From Octopus bimaculoides (Eukaryota), in contig NC_068991.1 of the NCBI RefSeq assembly GCF_001194135.2, positions 54,030,264-54,094,263 on the forward strand: DNA of 64,000 bases, read 5' to 3'. The position numbers were made by a program, and so were the translations under genes. Shown piece after piece: positions 52,367-64,000 of this stretch. The notes below the pieces were generated by a model. The model saw only the letters and a program-made list of their open reading frames with translations. It was not told the origin of the DNA and did no database searches. Within the stretch, counting starts at the first letter, position 1. Every line of letters starts with the position of its first letter.

Positions 52367-53473
52367 TGGAAGCTGGTACATAAATATTAATGACTTGTAG
52401 GGACACCATATGTCGTTATAATATACTACGATGTATAATATACTACATTGTATATTAACATTTTTATAAGTCAATACTATGTTCTACTGTGTTAGTGCTA
52501 TTAAATCACTTGTTAAGGTTAGCTCTACAGATCTTCTATAGAAAATATAGCCAACACTGATTTGTTACATTTCGTATCTGAGTATGCCTAATGTAAACAA
52601 CAATGAGATCAAAAAATGGGTAAATGAGCAGCTGCCAGGAATGGCAAGTCATTAATACTTTATCATATTTTACGATGTTGTTCTCTGTTATCTTTTATCT
52701 TTAATTTGTTTGTCATTGGACAGCAGCCATGTTTGGGTAGTGCCTCAAAGGATTTAGTTGAGCAAATTGACTCCTGTATTTATATTTTTAAAGCTTGATA
52801 CTTATTCTATCAAACTCTTTTGCTGAACTTCTAGGTTACAAGGGTGTAAACAAACCAACATGGATTGTCTAGCAGTGGTGGGGGGTTATAAGCACAAAGA
52901 CATGCACATCACACACACACACACACACACCACCACCATCATCATCGTCATTTAATGTCTGTCTATCATGCTGGCATGGGTTGTTGGCTTCCATATAGTT
53001 TCCATCTACTAAAGTCACTCAAGCTATTGACTGTTCTGTAGTTATAGTAGAAAAGACATGCCCAAGGTGTCTTGCAGTGGGCCTGAACCCAAAACCACGT
53101 GGTTGTGAAGTTTTTGTGGAGAGGAGGCAAATTAGTTACATCCCACTACTTGACTTGTATTTTATTTTATCCACCCCCACCCCCACAAAAAATGAAAAAT
53201 AAAATTAAAGTTGACCTCACAGGAGTTTAAACTCAAAATGCGAAGGACCATATGAAAGGCATTTTTAGCTGATGCTTTAATGAGTCTGTTAATCACTACA
53301 CTGTATCTTAACACTATGGTGCAGGTGTAACTGTTCGTGGTTAAGAAGTTTGCTTACCGACCACATGGTTTCAGGTTCAAACCCATTGTGTGTCAGCTTT
53401 GGCAAGTGTCTTCTATCTAATCCCAGGGTTGACCAAAGCCATGGGAGTGGATTTGGTAATGAAGAAACCTGTC

Positions 53474-53516
<43 letters not shown>

Positions 53517-53880
53517 TATATATATATACTAGCAGAAGGACCCTTGGCCTTAACACAGTAATGTTTGCTTGTAGTATAAGATTAGTGTATTTCTCAGAAA
53601 GTAATACTTTTAATACTTAAGAACACAGGTTCTGAAATGAAATAGAAGCGGTAAGATGACATTGAAAAACCTTTTTAAAGAAGTAAATCATACATATAAA
53701 CCAATGTTATTTATTTTATTTAGTTTTAATAAAAAAATAAATGAAGACCCTATTATGTATCCAAGGTCAAATTATTCATGTACCCCAAGTATGGAACCAA
53801 TTTGCAGAGCTGTTTTGTGTGAAAAGTGAATACACACACACACACACACACACACACATCTATTTTACATAATAGATATA

Positions 53881-54752
53881 CAGAGTGGGTGAAAAATAAG
53901 TAGGCATTAAAAATTGGTAATAAAATCCATATTCCTTTTACAAATTTATTGAAACAAATGATACATGTTCTTTATTACATGGGAAAATTAAAGTAAATCT
54001 TCATACTTCAATGTAAGCACCAGTGGCATCAACCAGTTTCCTCAAATGGCCAGGAATGGAATGAACAACGTTCTGAAGGATGACGTCTGGGATATCACTG
54101 AGAACCTCTTGAGTCCATGTCTCCAAGTCCTCCAGTGTGCAAGGTTTTGTCTTGTACACCCCTCCTTTTGTGTAATCTCACTGGTAAAAATCACATGGAG
54201 TGAAATCTGGACTTCTGTGGTCACGGTCTTCAAGTTTTGACTCCTGCACGTAATGGGGGTTTCCATAGACGAAAATTCAATTCTTTATGCAACACCTTAT
54301 GTATTGTGTCTTGTTATTCCACTTTCACAAGCTGCTTGACGTGATGATTTTTGCAGGCTGCGGTTAAACATTTCCTGCACTGTTGCCACGTTTTCTGCTG
54401 ATCGGGATGTGGTTGGACGGCCACTTCTTGCATCGTTCACAGAGCCTGTGGTCATCAGCTTTGCGTGACAACTTTTTATTGTCTCCGGACGTAGTGTTGC
54501 ATGCTTACCTTTCCATGCTTTCCACCATCTATGAACCAAAACAATGGAATTCCACACTTCATAGCATGCAGCTATCTTAGCTCACTCCTAAACAATCAAG
54601 TGACTGGCCATCTGGAAAATAAGAAATAAGGCAATAAGAAAATAAATCCCCATTTGTGTTATCTGTTCAAAAAAATGTTTTCTTCATGACTTCAGTGATA
54701 CTAAAAATTCTATAAGTAATTTCTAATGCCTAGTGACTTTCCATCCACCCTG
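53881..54752 (-). mobile_element. Tc1/mariner-superfamily deletion derivative with both TIRs
   Basis: TA-flanked TIRs cagagtgggtgaaaaataagtaggcatt / aatgcctagtgactttccatccaccctg. Transposase N-terminus TGSVNDARSGRPTTSRSAENV on the minus strand (54297-54557), plus a C-terminal remnant. Confidence 0.85.
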
Positions 54753-56027
54753 TATATATATATATATATATATATGAAAGGAAAACTACTTCTAGCTGCC
54801 TCTAATAGACAATCTCAACACCACCCTTTCAGTTGCAGTTCAAGCCAGAGTTTTAGTCGTAAACCAAACAGAGCTCTGATAGAACATACCTATTGCTTTA
54901 TGTCAGTTGATGAACGCTCCTTATGTATTCTATATATATATCTAACACACACACACAATGTATATTTATGTGTCTATTTGTGTATATGTACGGTTGTGTC
55001 TCCTTGTCTTGACATTTTGTGATAATTGTAAATGAGAGTCACTGTCATACAAGCAGTGTTGTTCATATCCATTATTCTATGGTGTCGTGTCTGGCCATGG
55101 GAGGAAATATTACCTTGGAAATATGCGAGGGTTGGTGATAGGAAGGGCATCCAGCTGTAGGAACTCGGCCTCCATAAACTCCATGTGACTCATGGAAATA
55201 TGAAAAAGTGTACATTAAAACAACAATGATGGTGACAACAGTTTCATGGCATCCGATGAAGTTTGCTGTGTAAAAGCTTATATTTGTCAAAGTGTTTTAG
55301 TTGGCCTAGTGAGTCTGAAGGAAAGACATTAAGAATAAATAGTGTCTAAATGGTACGCTATTGTTAGCTTGCATTATCTACATTATGTTTCTCCCATGAA
55401 ATGTGCTCTGGAGATTTGCTTGTGTTTACGCTGGGAAATTTAGGGAATGCATTGAGGGAATACTGTGAAGATGTGTAGTTTGAGTTTGTGGAAACTTGTA
55501 GTGAAATTATATATTATCTACAAACACACACACACATACACTCACACTTATGTGTTTGTTTTTATGTCAAGCTATAATGAAACAATTTTACATTAAACCG
55601 AAAGATTACTGAATGGTTTTTGTAGAGTACATTTCTATTATACATTTATGTATTTTTGCAAAATTCTTGATGTGAAAATCTGTGTTGAAACAGATATTGT
55701 TATATTTGGGATTTTTGCCAATTAAACACACTAACAGAAAGACTGCCCTCTGGGTGGTTTTCTGCTAGTCAAACCTGGAGTGTTTGTGTGTGTGTGTGTG
55801 TGTGTGAGAGGAGGAGAGAGAACATTGCAAACAATGAATGAAATAAACATTTCGTATAAATAAAAGCTCATGTAAAACTATCGATGTTCTTTTGTTTGAC
55901 CCCTCGAAATACCAAAATGAACAGCTGGTTTTGTTTGTTAATTTCTGTAAAAAATTTTTATTTATCTACTTTTGTTTGTAAGTGAAAGAGAGAAGGAAGT
56001 GAAATATGTATGGGTATATGAAATGGA

Positions 56028-56059
<32 letters not shown>

Positions 56060-57961
56060 TGCCAGACATCACTTTCTCTCTCTGTCTGTCTCACACGCAC
56101 ACATACATACAAAAAATGTATGCATATGTATGTACATATACATGATAAAATACCACTTCACTCTCTCTTTCTCTCACTCTTACATACACATGCAAACACA
56201 AATGTATACAAACATACATACAAAAACGTGTGTGCATGTGACTGCAAATACATAGCGCTGAACATGTCGCATAAGAAGTAAATAAATATTTATGGAAATT
56301 AAAAAAATGTACGGGATCAAGTGAAAGAATGCCAAACTATCTTATACTAAATATTTAAATTTGTGAACTTGAAATATTCAGTAATAAAAGGAAGTCCAGA
56401 AAGTAAATTTTCCTGAAAACTTTAATTTATAAAAAATCTCACTCAGTAAATATTTCTTTCAGTAATTTATCATAGTTGTAATATATCTGTAATTGAAACA
56501 AACTTCAAGGTTTAGTGTGCTAGAGATAGCAGTGATCACATAGTTATTATTGTAAGGCTTATAGCTTTCCAAAAAGCCATACCAGCAAAATTACTTCTTA
56601 ATTTTGTTTTTAAAGAATTATACCAGTATATTAAAAAAAGTTTTATTTTATTAGAAATAAGCCTGAAAGTTATACAGCTATTTTGTGCAATAACATTCAT
56701 TCATTCAATAAATAATTTTTTACATTACATATATATAATAAGCTGTAGGTTTTGCAAATAATGAATTAAATCTTGAAATGAATATATATTAAATCATTAA
56801 TGAAAATAGAGGTGAGAGATTGTTGCAAATGAAAATGGAAAATTTTGCCAGCATCGAATTAATAGTGTTTATTAAATCTACTCAGCAGTGAATGCCATGA
56901 ATATTTAAATTTGTAGTTCAAATATTCAATAAACTTCAGAAATCGAAATTACAGGAAATTTCTTAGAACATGAATTTATAAAAAAAATTTCCAGACAGTC
57001 AAGCCTTTAATAAATGCTTTCTTTTAGTAACTGTTACATACCTTTCTCCATTATAATATAGATACGCTATTTATTTTATCTTCATTTCAGCCTTATTAAG
57101 TATTATTTCTAGTTTATTTCACAAATAAACTAAAAATAATAATCCTTTCTACAAAGCCTGAAAATTTGGTGGAGGGGAATAGTCGATTACACTGACCCCA
57201 GTGCTCAACTGGTGCTTATTTTGTTGACTCCGAAAGGGATCAAAGGCAAAGTTGACCTTGGTGGAATTTGAACTCAGAACATAAAGACCGACAAAATGCT
57301 ATTAAGCATTTTGTTTGGCGTGCTAACAATTCTACACGCCAGGCAAAACTAAAGCGAAGATCAAATAAATAGTGCATGTGTTTAATTGGCAAAAGATGAC
57401 CATCTCCAAATATAACAATATTTATTATACTTTTACAAGAAGAGTGGTGATAGTAACTTTGAAGTTTTGGCCTGCTAGAATTCATTGTCTGTCTGATGAA
57501 TGCTATAATTAACATATAAATAAACTATTGATGTCATCAGTAGTTTACAATTACAGTCTTCATTTTTGTTTTCTTTATTTTGGTATTAAGTTTGGTCTTA
57601 CTAATGTGCTGCCTGGTATCTTTCTGAGAGTTTGATCAAGTGTTTGGACACAATGCAGTTCTATAATTATGCTATGATGTATCCACTACTACTACTACTA
57701 CTACTATTATTATTATTATTATTATTATTATTAAGGTGGCGAGCTGGCAGAATCATTAGCATGCCAGGCGAAATGCTTAGTGGTATTTTGCCACTCTTCA
57801 CATTCTGAGTTGACATGCCGCTAGGGTCGACTTTGCTTTACATCCTTTTGGGGTTGATAAATCAAGTACCAGTTACACACTGGGGTCAATGAAATTGACT
57901 GGTCCCCTCCCCAAAATTTGAGGCCTTGTGCCTACAGTAGAGAAGATTATTATTATTATTA

Positions 57962-58260
57962 TTGAGTGAGAGAGCAGTGCATGCCATCACAGTAACACAA
58001 GAGTACAAATATACAAAGCCCAATACACCCATCATGACTACCTATCCGATAAAGATACACCAGGCACATACTTTACAGTCATATGTGCATGACATTGTAA
58101 TCTCATATCTAGATAAATAGCACATGACCTTGCAGGTGGGCCCCTGTTAAAATTTTCTTCAGGTCTAGTAGCCCATCCCACTCAAAAGGTCCCTGAATAA
58201 GAGTTGTTAAAGCATGATGAACGAAACACTCATGTTTCCAGAGGTGAGTTATTCAAACGC
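57962..58260 (-). mobile_element. Probable non-LTR retrotransposon 3' end with (TAA)n tail
   Basis: A GC-richer block begins right after the (ATT)n run. The clade cannot be assigned from the sequence. Confidence 0.35.
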
Positions 58261-58504
58261 AATTACCTTCATGTCTAGTTACCTCAATCTTCATATATTA
58301 TTATTGTTGTTGTTATTATTAAGGCAGCAAGCTGGCAGAATTGTTAGTGTGCCGGGTGAAAGGCTTAGCAACATTTCATCCGTCTTAATGTTCTGAGTTC
58401 AGATTCTGCTGAGGTCGATTTTGCCTTTCATCCTTTCAGGGCTGATAAAATAAGTACCATTTGAGTACTAGGGTTGATATAATCAACTAGTCTCCTATCC
58501 CCAA

Positions 58505-58543
<39 letters not shown>

Positions 58544-59757
58544 GTCTTCCTGCCTTTCTGAGAATTGTTCTTCTTTTGGCTTTATTTCTTGTGTGAATGA
58601 AATGTGGATTTTACAGTTGTTTGATATTATATGAGAGTTTTTTCCTACTGAGTACACAAATGCTAGAATCTTTAGTTTTGAAAAAATACATTAATTTTTA
58701 TATCATCATCTCGAGGGCTGCCATGTATTAGTTGTATTGTTTTATCTAGCTGCTCTTTTTCTATATTCATTGTCAATTGGTGCAGATGTGACTGTGTGGT
58801 TAATGAACGTAATTCCTATCCATGTGAGTCCCACTGTGTGGCATCTTGAGCAAGTGTCTTTTACTATTGTCCTAGCCTGACCAGAGCCCTGTTAGTGGAT
58901 ATGGTAAATGAAAACTGAATGAAGCTCTTCATGTAAGTGTGTGTTTGATGAGGGTGGGGTGTGCCCTTGTCTTGACATCACATGATGGTTGTAAATGGCC
59001 ATCGCTGTCATACAAGTGATGTTGTTTGTTTCCAGTCTTGCTTGGAAACAGATGAAGGTTGGCCATTTGGCCATAGAAACCCTGCCTCAATATATTCCCT
59101 CTGACCCATGCAAGCATGAAAAAGTGGATGGTGAATCATGATGTTGAGGAGGTGGAGGATTATCAAATATGTGTCTATTTTGCTGGAATTCTACCCATCC
59201 AAAGGTAGACATCATTTCTCATGTATGAGTGTTGGTTTCTTTATCTAAATTTCTCACATACCTCATTTCTTTCAGAGTTTTACCTGTTTGGCAAATGACT
59301 TCATGTAAGATTGTGAAACTGAGAAAAAACTGCATCATGGTAGTTTTGATAGATATTCAAAATTCACGTTTTTTTTTTTTTGTTATTTCATTGATTATTA
59401 TGTCCTTATATGGCATGCTGGCAGAATTGTTAGCGCACTGGACAAAATGCTTAGCTGCATTTCTTCTGGCTTTTTCTATTCAGATTTCAAACTCCGCCGA
59501 GGTCAACTTCGCTCTTCATCCTTTTGGGGGTCAATGAAATAAAATACAAATCAAGTACTGGGGTTAATGTAACATTTATGTCAAGTTGGACCATACCATA
59601 GGATTAGATGTCACTTTGTCACAGCCCATGTAACTTGGGAAACGAGTGCATTCTCTGGTTCTGTATGCACTTCCGAGTCTTTTGCATCATTTAGAAATCT
59701 GAATCTTGGTTTACTTTAGCTTATTTTGTTTATACATTGTTTTTTTTCCCCTTCTTT

Positions 59758-59819
59758 GTACAAAACAGCAAGATGCACCTTGGGGCTGACATACTTTAGG
59801 TGCATTGCTGTTTTAGTGC
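59758..59819. ncRNA. pre-miRNA-like hairpin (candidate)
   Basis: gtac-aaaacagcaa(ga)tgcacct ... aggtgcattgctgtttt(a)gtgc: a 17-bp perfect core with a 2-nt bulge, extendable on both sides. No match to any miRNA I recall. Confidence 0.3.
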
Positions 59820-62664
59820 AGCATCAAGGATGTTCAGAACTGGGTTATTCTGACAGGATATACTCCAACAATGACTAGCTGCCTCTCTGATGACAGTAGT
59901 ATCCTTGTAGCCCTACCAATAACGGTTGACTGGGGAGGGATTTGGTCTCAGGAGAAATCTTTCTTCATTCTCTACAATATGTCCCACACTAGATTTCTTA
60001 AATCAGCTGTCTCCAATGCTAATCATATATTTGGTTTTCCACCCTTGCATTTGTTATACATTCTTCCTCTTCAGTTTCATTATTTTCCCTGGTCACTGTG
60101 TGTTATGTTATTCTGGTGAGATATTTCATTTGCTTTGCGTCCTCCCACCTCAGTCCATCCAGTGTATCTTACACAACTCCTGTCATCTCTTTCATTTTCA
60201 AGTTGGACTCAACCAACCTCAACAATGTCCTTTCATTACATTCCATTTCTTTTCTGTCAGCCATAAACAGTAGTAACGATGACAACCCCCACACAATAAG
60301 AGTAAACAAAAACCTCCTCTCCCTCTATTAAAGGTGTTGAGAAGTTCAAAGTCATCATCATCATTTAACATCTGTTTTTCCATGTGGGCATGGGTTGGAT
60401 GGTTTGACAGGATTCAGTGACCTACAGGGCTGCATTGAGCTCCAGTGTCAGCTTTGGCATGGTTTCTATGGCTGGATGTCTTTCATAATGCTAGACATAT
60501 TCCAGTTTGTATTGGTTACTTTTTTCATATCACTGGCACTATTGAAATTGCCAGATGACTTGCAAGACAGGAAAAGAACAAGAAAAATCCCTCTTGACTA
60601 TGTGTGTTTGTGTGTGTGGGAGGGAGTGGTTTTATGTCAGGCATTTAGGGGCTGAAGTATGATGAAGGGAACATTCCAGGTGTCTTGTTACAGAGGAGAT
60701 ACCTGGCTACCCCACATTATTCATGGGTGGATGGGAGTCACTAAGGTAGGTGATCTGTTGACTGGAGAAATGCCAGCAAAACACTGTATGAATATCATGA
60801 CATTTTAACAAGTGAGTGCCAGATGTACACAAACACGCCCCACATGTACACAGCTTGTATGATTCTCACAAGCTATCTATCTACTTCTAGCTTCCTCACC
60901 AATCACCAGATCACAGAACGAGGGACCCTGTTAAAGGATTTCTCCAGACTATTGAATGTTAAATTCAGTGGCTTACTTTTAGCTCGATACTTCTCCTGTG
61001 TTGCCTACCATTGACTCTGTGTACTCAGTATACTGAATATTCAGTATTGAGTTCCTGTACCCTACTTTCCTCCTTAATTTCCAGGCCATTCCAAGGCCAC
61101 TTCTAGATGGCTCTGATTTTTATGTTCTTTGTTCTTGAAACTTGTTATTTAAATTCTGTTGTTTAAACTTTACCATGTTGACATTTTCTGTAGCTCTGTA
61201 CGGGTTCATATTGAAAAGCAAGAGAACCAGGATGTTAATATATCAAAGTTTCCAAGGCGGTCTGGTTTAGAAGTTGTATCAGAGAAAAAATACACTTTGT
61301 TTTGTCTGTCATAATGAATCCCAGCTATAAATAGTTATACTCTGTGTATGTATTCCAGTTTCAGTGCCTTTGTATTCCTAGGTGTTGTGAGACAATATTA
61401 GAAAACTTTTGAAATACTTACTTTAGCTGGAGAAAATGGACATGTTGTGTAGAGAAAAACCCACCTAGTATTTTTAACAAAGAAAAACCTAAATATTCCA
61501 AATAAATGGCCTCCTCTATACAAAATGCAACTTCAAGTCTTTTAGCTAATTCAAATATTGCTTTTGCCCTATCTTAAAATTAGCCTCTCATTCTCATCTA
61601 CTAAACAGCTTCTTCAAAATAGTTTTACTTAGACCAATCATTCACAACATTTTATACCATCATAACCCATTTTGAAAAATCAGTAAATAGCCACAATTAT
61701 TTTCTAATATTTAAATAAGAAACAATTTATACTTATCTTGAGAAACTATTTTGTTTTCATAGTAAATTTTGTATTGTAGCCTTTATTACATAACATATAA
61801 ACATTTTACATTTTATGAAATATTTAAAAAATGAGCTTTTTTTTTTAACCTTGTATTCTTTTCTGAATTATGCTGTGGCCCATTTTGAACCCCGACCCAT
61901 GGGAAATGCTGACTTAGATCTAAGATAACTGCAAACATCACTTAAATCTAAAGTAGTTTTGGATTCAAATTTCTTCTTAGAAATTTTGAGGCAATGCAAC
62001 CATCATCAATCATCATCATTGTTTAATGTCCCATGCTCCATGCTGGCATGGATTGGACAGCTTGATGGGTTTCTTGTGAGCCACAGTGCCACATTGTGTT
62101 CTAACGTCAACTTTGACAAGGTTTCTGCAGCTGAATGCCCTTCCTAACACCAGCCACTTTACAATGTGTACTGGAGCACTTTTTTCATTCTACTAACACA
62201 AGTGAAGTTACCAAGTAACTAGCAAGACAAGAAAGGAAGAAGAAAAAGGGAGAACTCTCTCACATAAATTGTGAGAGAGGAAAGGGTTTTGCCACAAAAT
62301 TCTCTGGGCTTAAACAGAATTAAATATTCAGTATATACATTATTACTAGCATCTACATTATTTCTGTATGTTTCACATTTCCTCTATTATTTCTAAACAT
62401 TTTCAGAATATTTTGTAGAGTATGGCTGAACTCCATTTGCCTGGACACTAAACTAGGTATACACCATTAGATTTTACATAAATGACATTGTATCATAGAA
62501 CCTGAAGTGTAGTAAAAGGGTTATCCAAGCGTTCTGTAATTTTTGAATTTCTTGGAAGCTTTTGAAAACTTAGCTCTGCACCATAAATCTCTTTGTGTAA
62601 AGCAGAATGGAGAAATTTAGCAACAGCAATATCATCAAATATGATGATTCATTAAAAGACTTAC

Positions 62665-62747
62665 CTATTTCCTTCCAGGCAACTAACTTGAGCAGTAGGG
62701 CTAATGGTTGTTTGTTTCTTGCTTCATAACTTTGTGATGAACAATGT
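62665..62747 (-). other. Candidate exon (83 nt)
   Basis: Acceptor atatgtatttcag| and donor AATAG|gtaagt. One open frame, HCSSQSYEARNKQPLALLLKLVAWKEI. Confidence 0.25.
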
Positions 62748-64000
62748 CTGAAATACATATAGCCTATGCAGTTACAGCTCGATGGTTGACAGATATGCTT
62801 CCCAATCATGTGGTTTCAGGTTTAGTCTCACTGCATAGAATTTGGGGCAAGTGTGTTCTGCTATAGTCCTGGGCCAACCAAAGTCTTGTGAATGGATGTG
62901 TTTGATGGAAGCTGAGAGAAACCCATTCTGTATAAATGCATGCGTGTGTGCATGCGTGCGTGTGTGCATGCGTGCGTGTGTGTGTCTGTGTAATCTTGCC
63001 TTGACATTATGTGATAGCTGTATCATTGTCATACAAACAATGGTGTTTGTTACCAATCTACCATGAAAATCATGTCTGGCCTTGGGAAAATATTACCTTG
63101 TTGGGAAACAGGTGAAGTGTGGCAACAAGAAGGGCATCTGGCCATAGAGAATCCGCCTCTAACCCTTACCCAAATTCTGTCTGATCCAGGTAAGAATTGA
63201 AAAGTGAATGTTAAATGATGGTGATGATGCATTATGTATCCAGACAATTTGTTGTGTGTGTGTGTGTGTGTGTGTGCAACCTTGCTTTGACATTATGTGA
63301 TGGCTGTATCATTGTCATACAAGTAACTTCATTCAAAATGGAATTCAGTAATTCATCATCATCATCATCATTCTGATATCCACTTTTCCATGCTTTCATG
63401 GGTTAGACAAATTTGTTGAGGTAGATTTTCTACAGCTTGATGCCCTCCCTATCACCAACCCTCACCTGTTTCCCTATGGTTGGACAGAAGATTGTAAATA
63501 AAGGACTGCTTGCATGATGGTGACTTTTGCTTACAACTATCACAATGTCAAAGCAAGGAGACAGTAACACACACACATACATAGATGTATGACAGACTTG
63601 TTTCAATTTTCATCTGTCGTATCCACTAACATAGCTTTAGTCAGCCCCAGGGCTATAAAAGAAGACACTTACCCAAGGTGCCACACTATGGGACTGAAAT
63701 CAAAACTATGTGGTTGGGAAGCAAACTTATTACCCACACATCTTATAAGGAAAGAAGAATTAAAAAAAACTATTTCCACGAAGAGGTACAGGCATGGCTG
63801 TGTGGTAAGAAGCTTGCTTCCCTACCGCATAGTTCTGGGTTCAATCCCATTGCATAGAACCTTGTAAGAGGATTTAGCTGACACAAACTAAAAGAGGCCC
63901 ATTGTGTGTGTGGTGTTTGAAGTGGTGTACAGATATTGTATATTAAAAAAATAAAAGGACGCTGTCAAAATTTTGGATAATTCTTTATTAGCACTTTCAT

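Noticed and set aside
55731-55768. 16-bp imperfect hairpin; also the 16-bp palindrome at 61031-61046
   Set aside because: The stem is too short and the loop too small for a pre-miRNA, and such palindromes are expected by chance in AT-rich DNA.

Overview
AT-rich, repeat-dense eukaryotic DNA from a gapped draft assembly (nine N-runs). The tRNA-headed SINEs, RTE-type LINE tails and dense microsatellites point to an octopod cephalopod; this is an inference from repeat resemblance, not a database match. I recognise no intact protein-coding gene. Essentially all long ORFs in the track are N-gap or microsatellite artefacts, or decayed transposon ORFs. The transposon remnants are a CR1 LINE, several RTE LINEs, Tc1/mariner elements, and hAT-, piggyBac- and Merlin-like MITEs. 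The most notable observations are: (1) one well-formed minimal type I hammerhead ribozyme at 8805-8847 in a hairpin-rich 340-bp segment, plus four degenerate hammerhead motifs, three of them next to (TA)n runs, as expected for Penelope-like or retrozyme remnants; (2) an 85-bp MITE with a perfect 9-bp target-site duplication; (3) a ~4-kb SINE-free, CpG-retaining island (20.2-24.1 kb) with promoter motifs and phase-compatible splice sites; (4) isolated strong splice signals, including a possible recursive splice site, and two pre-miRNA-like hairpins. All gene and exon models are low confidence and need RNA data.
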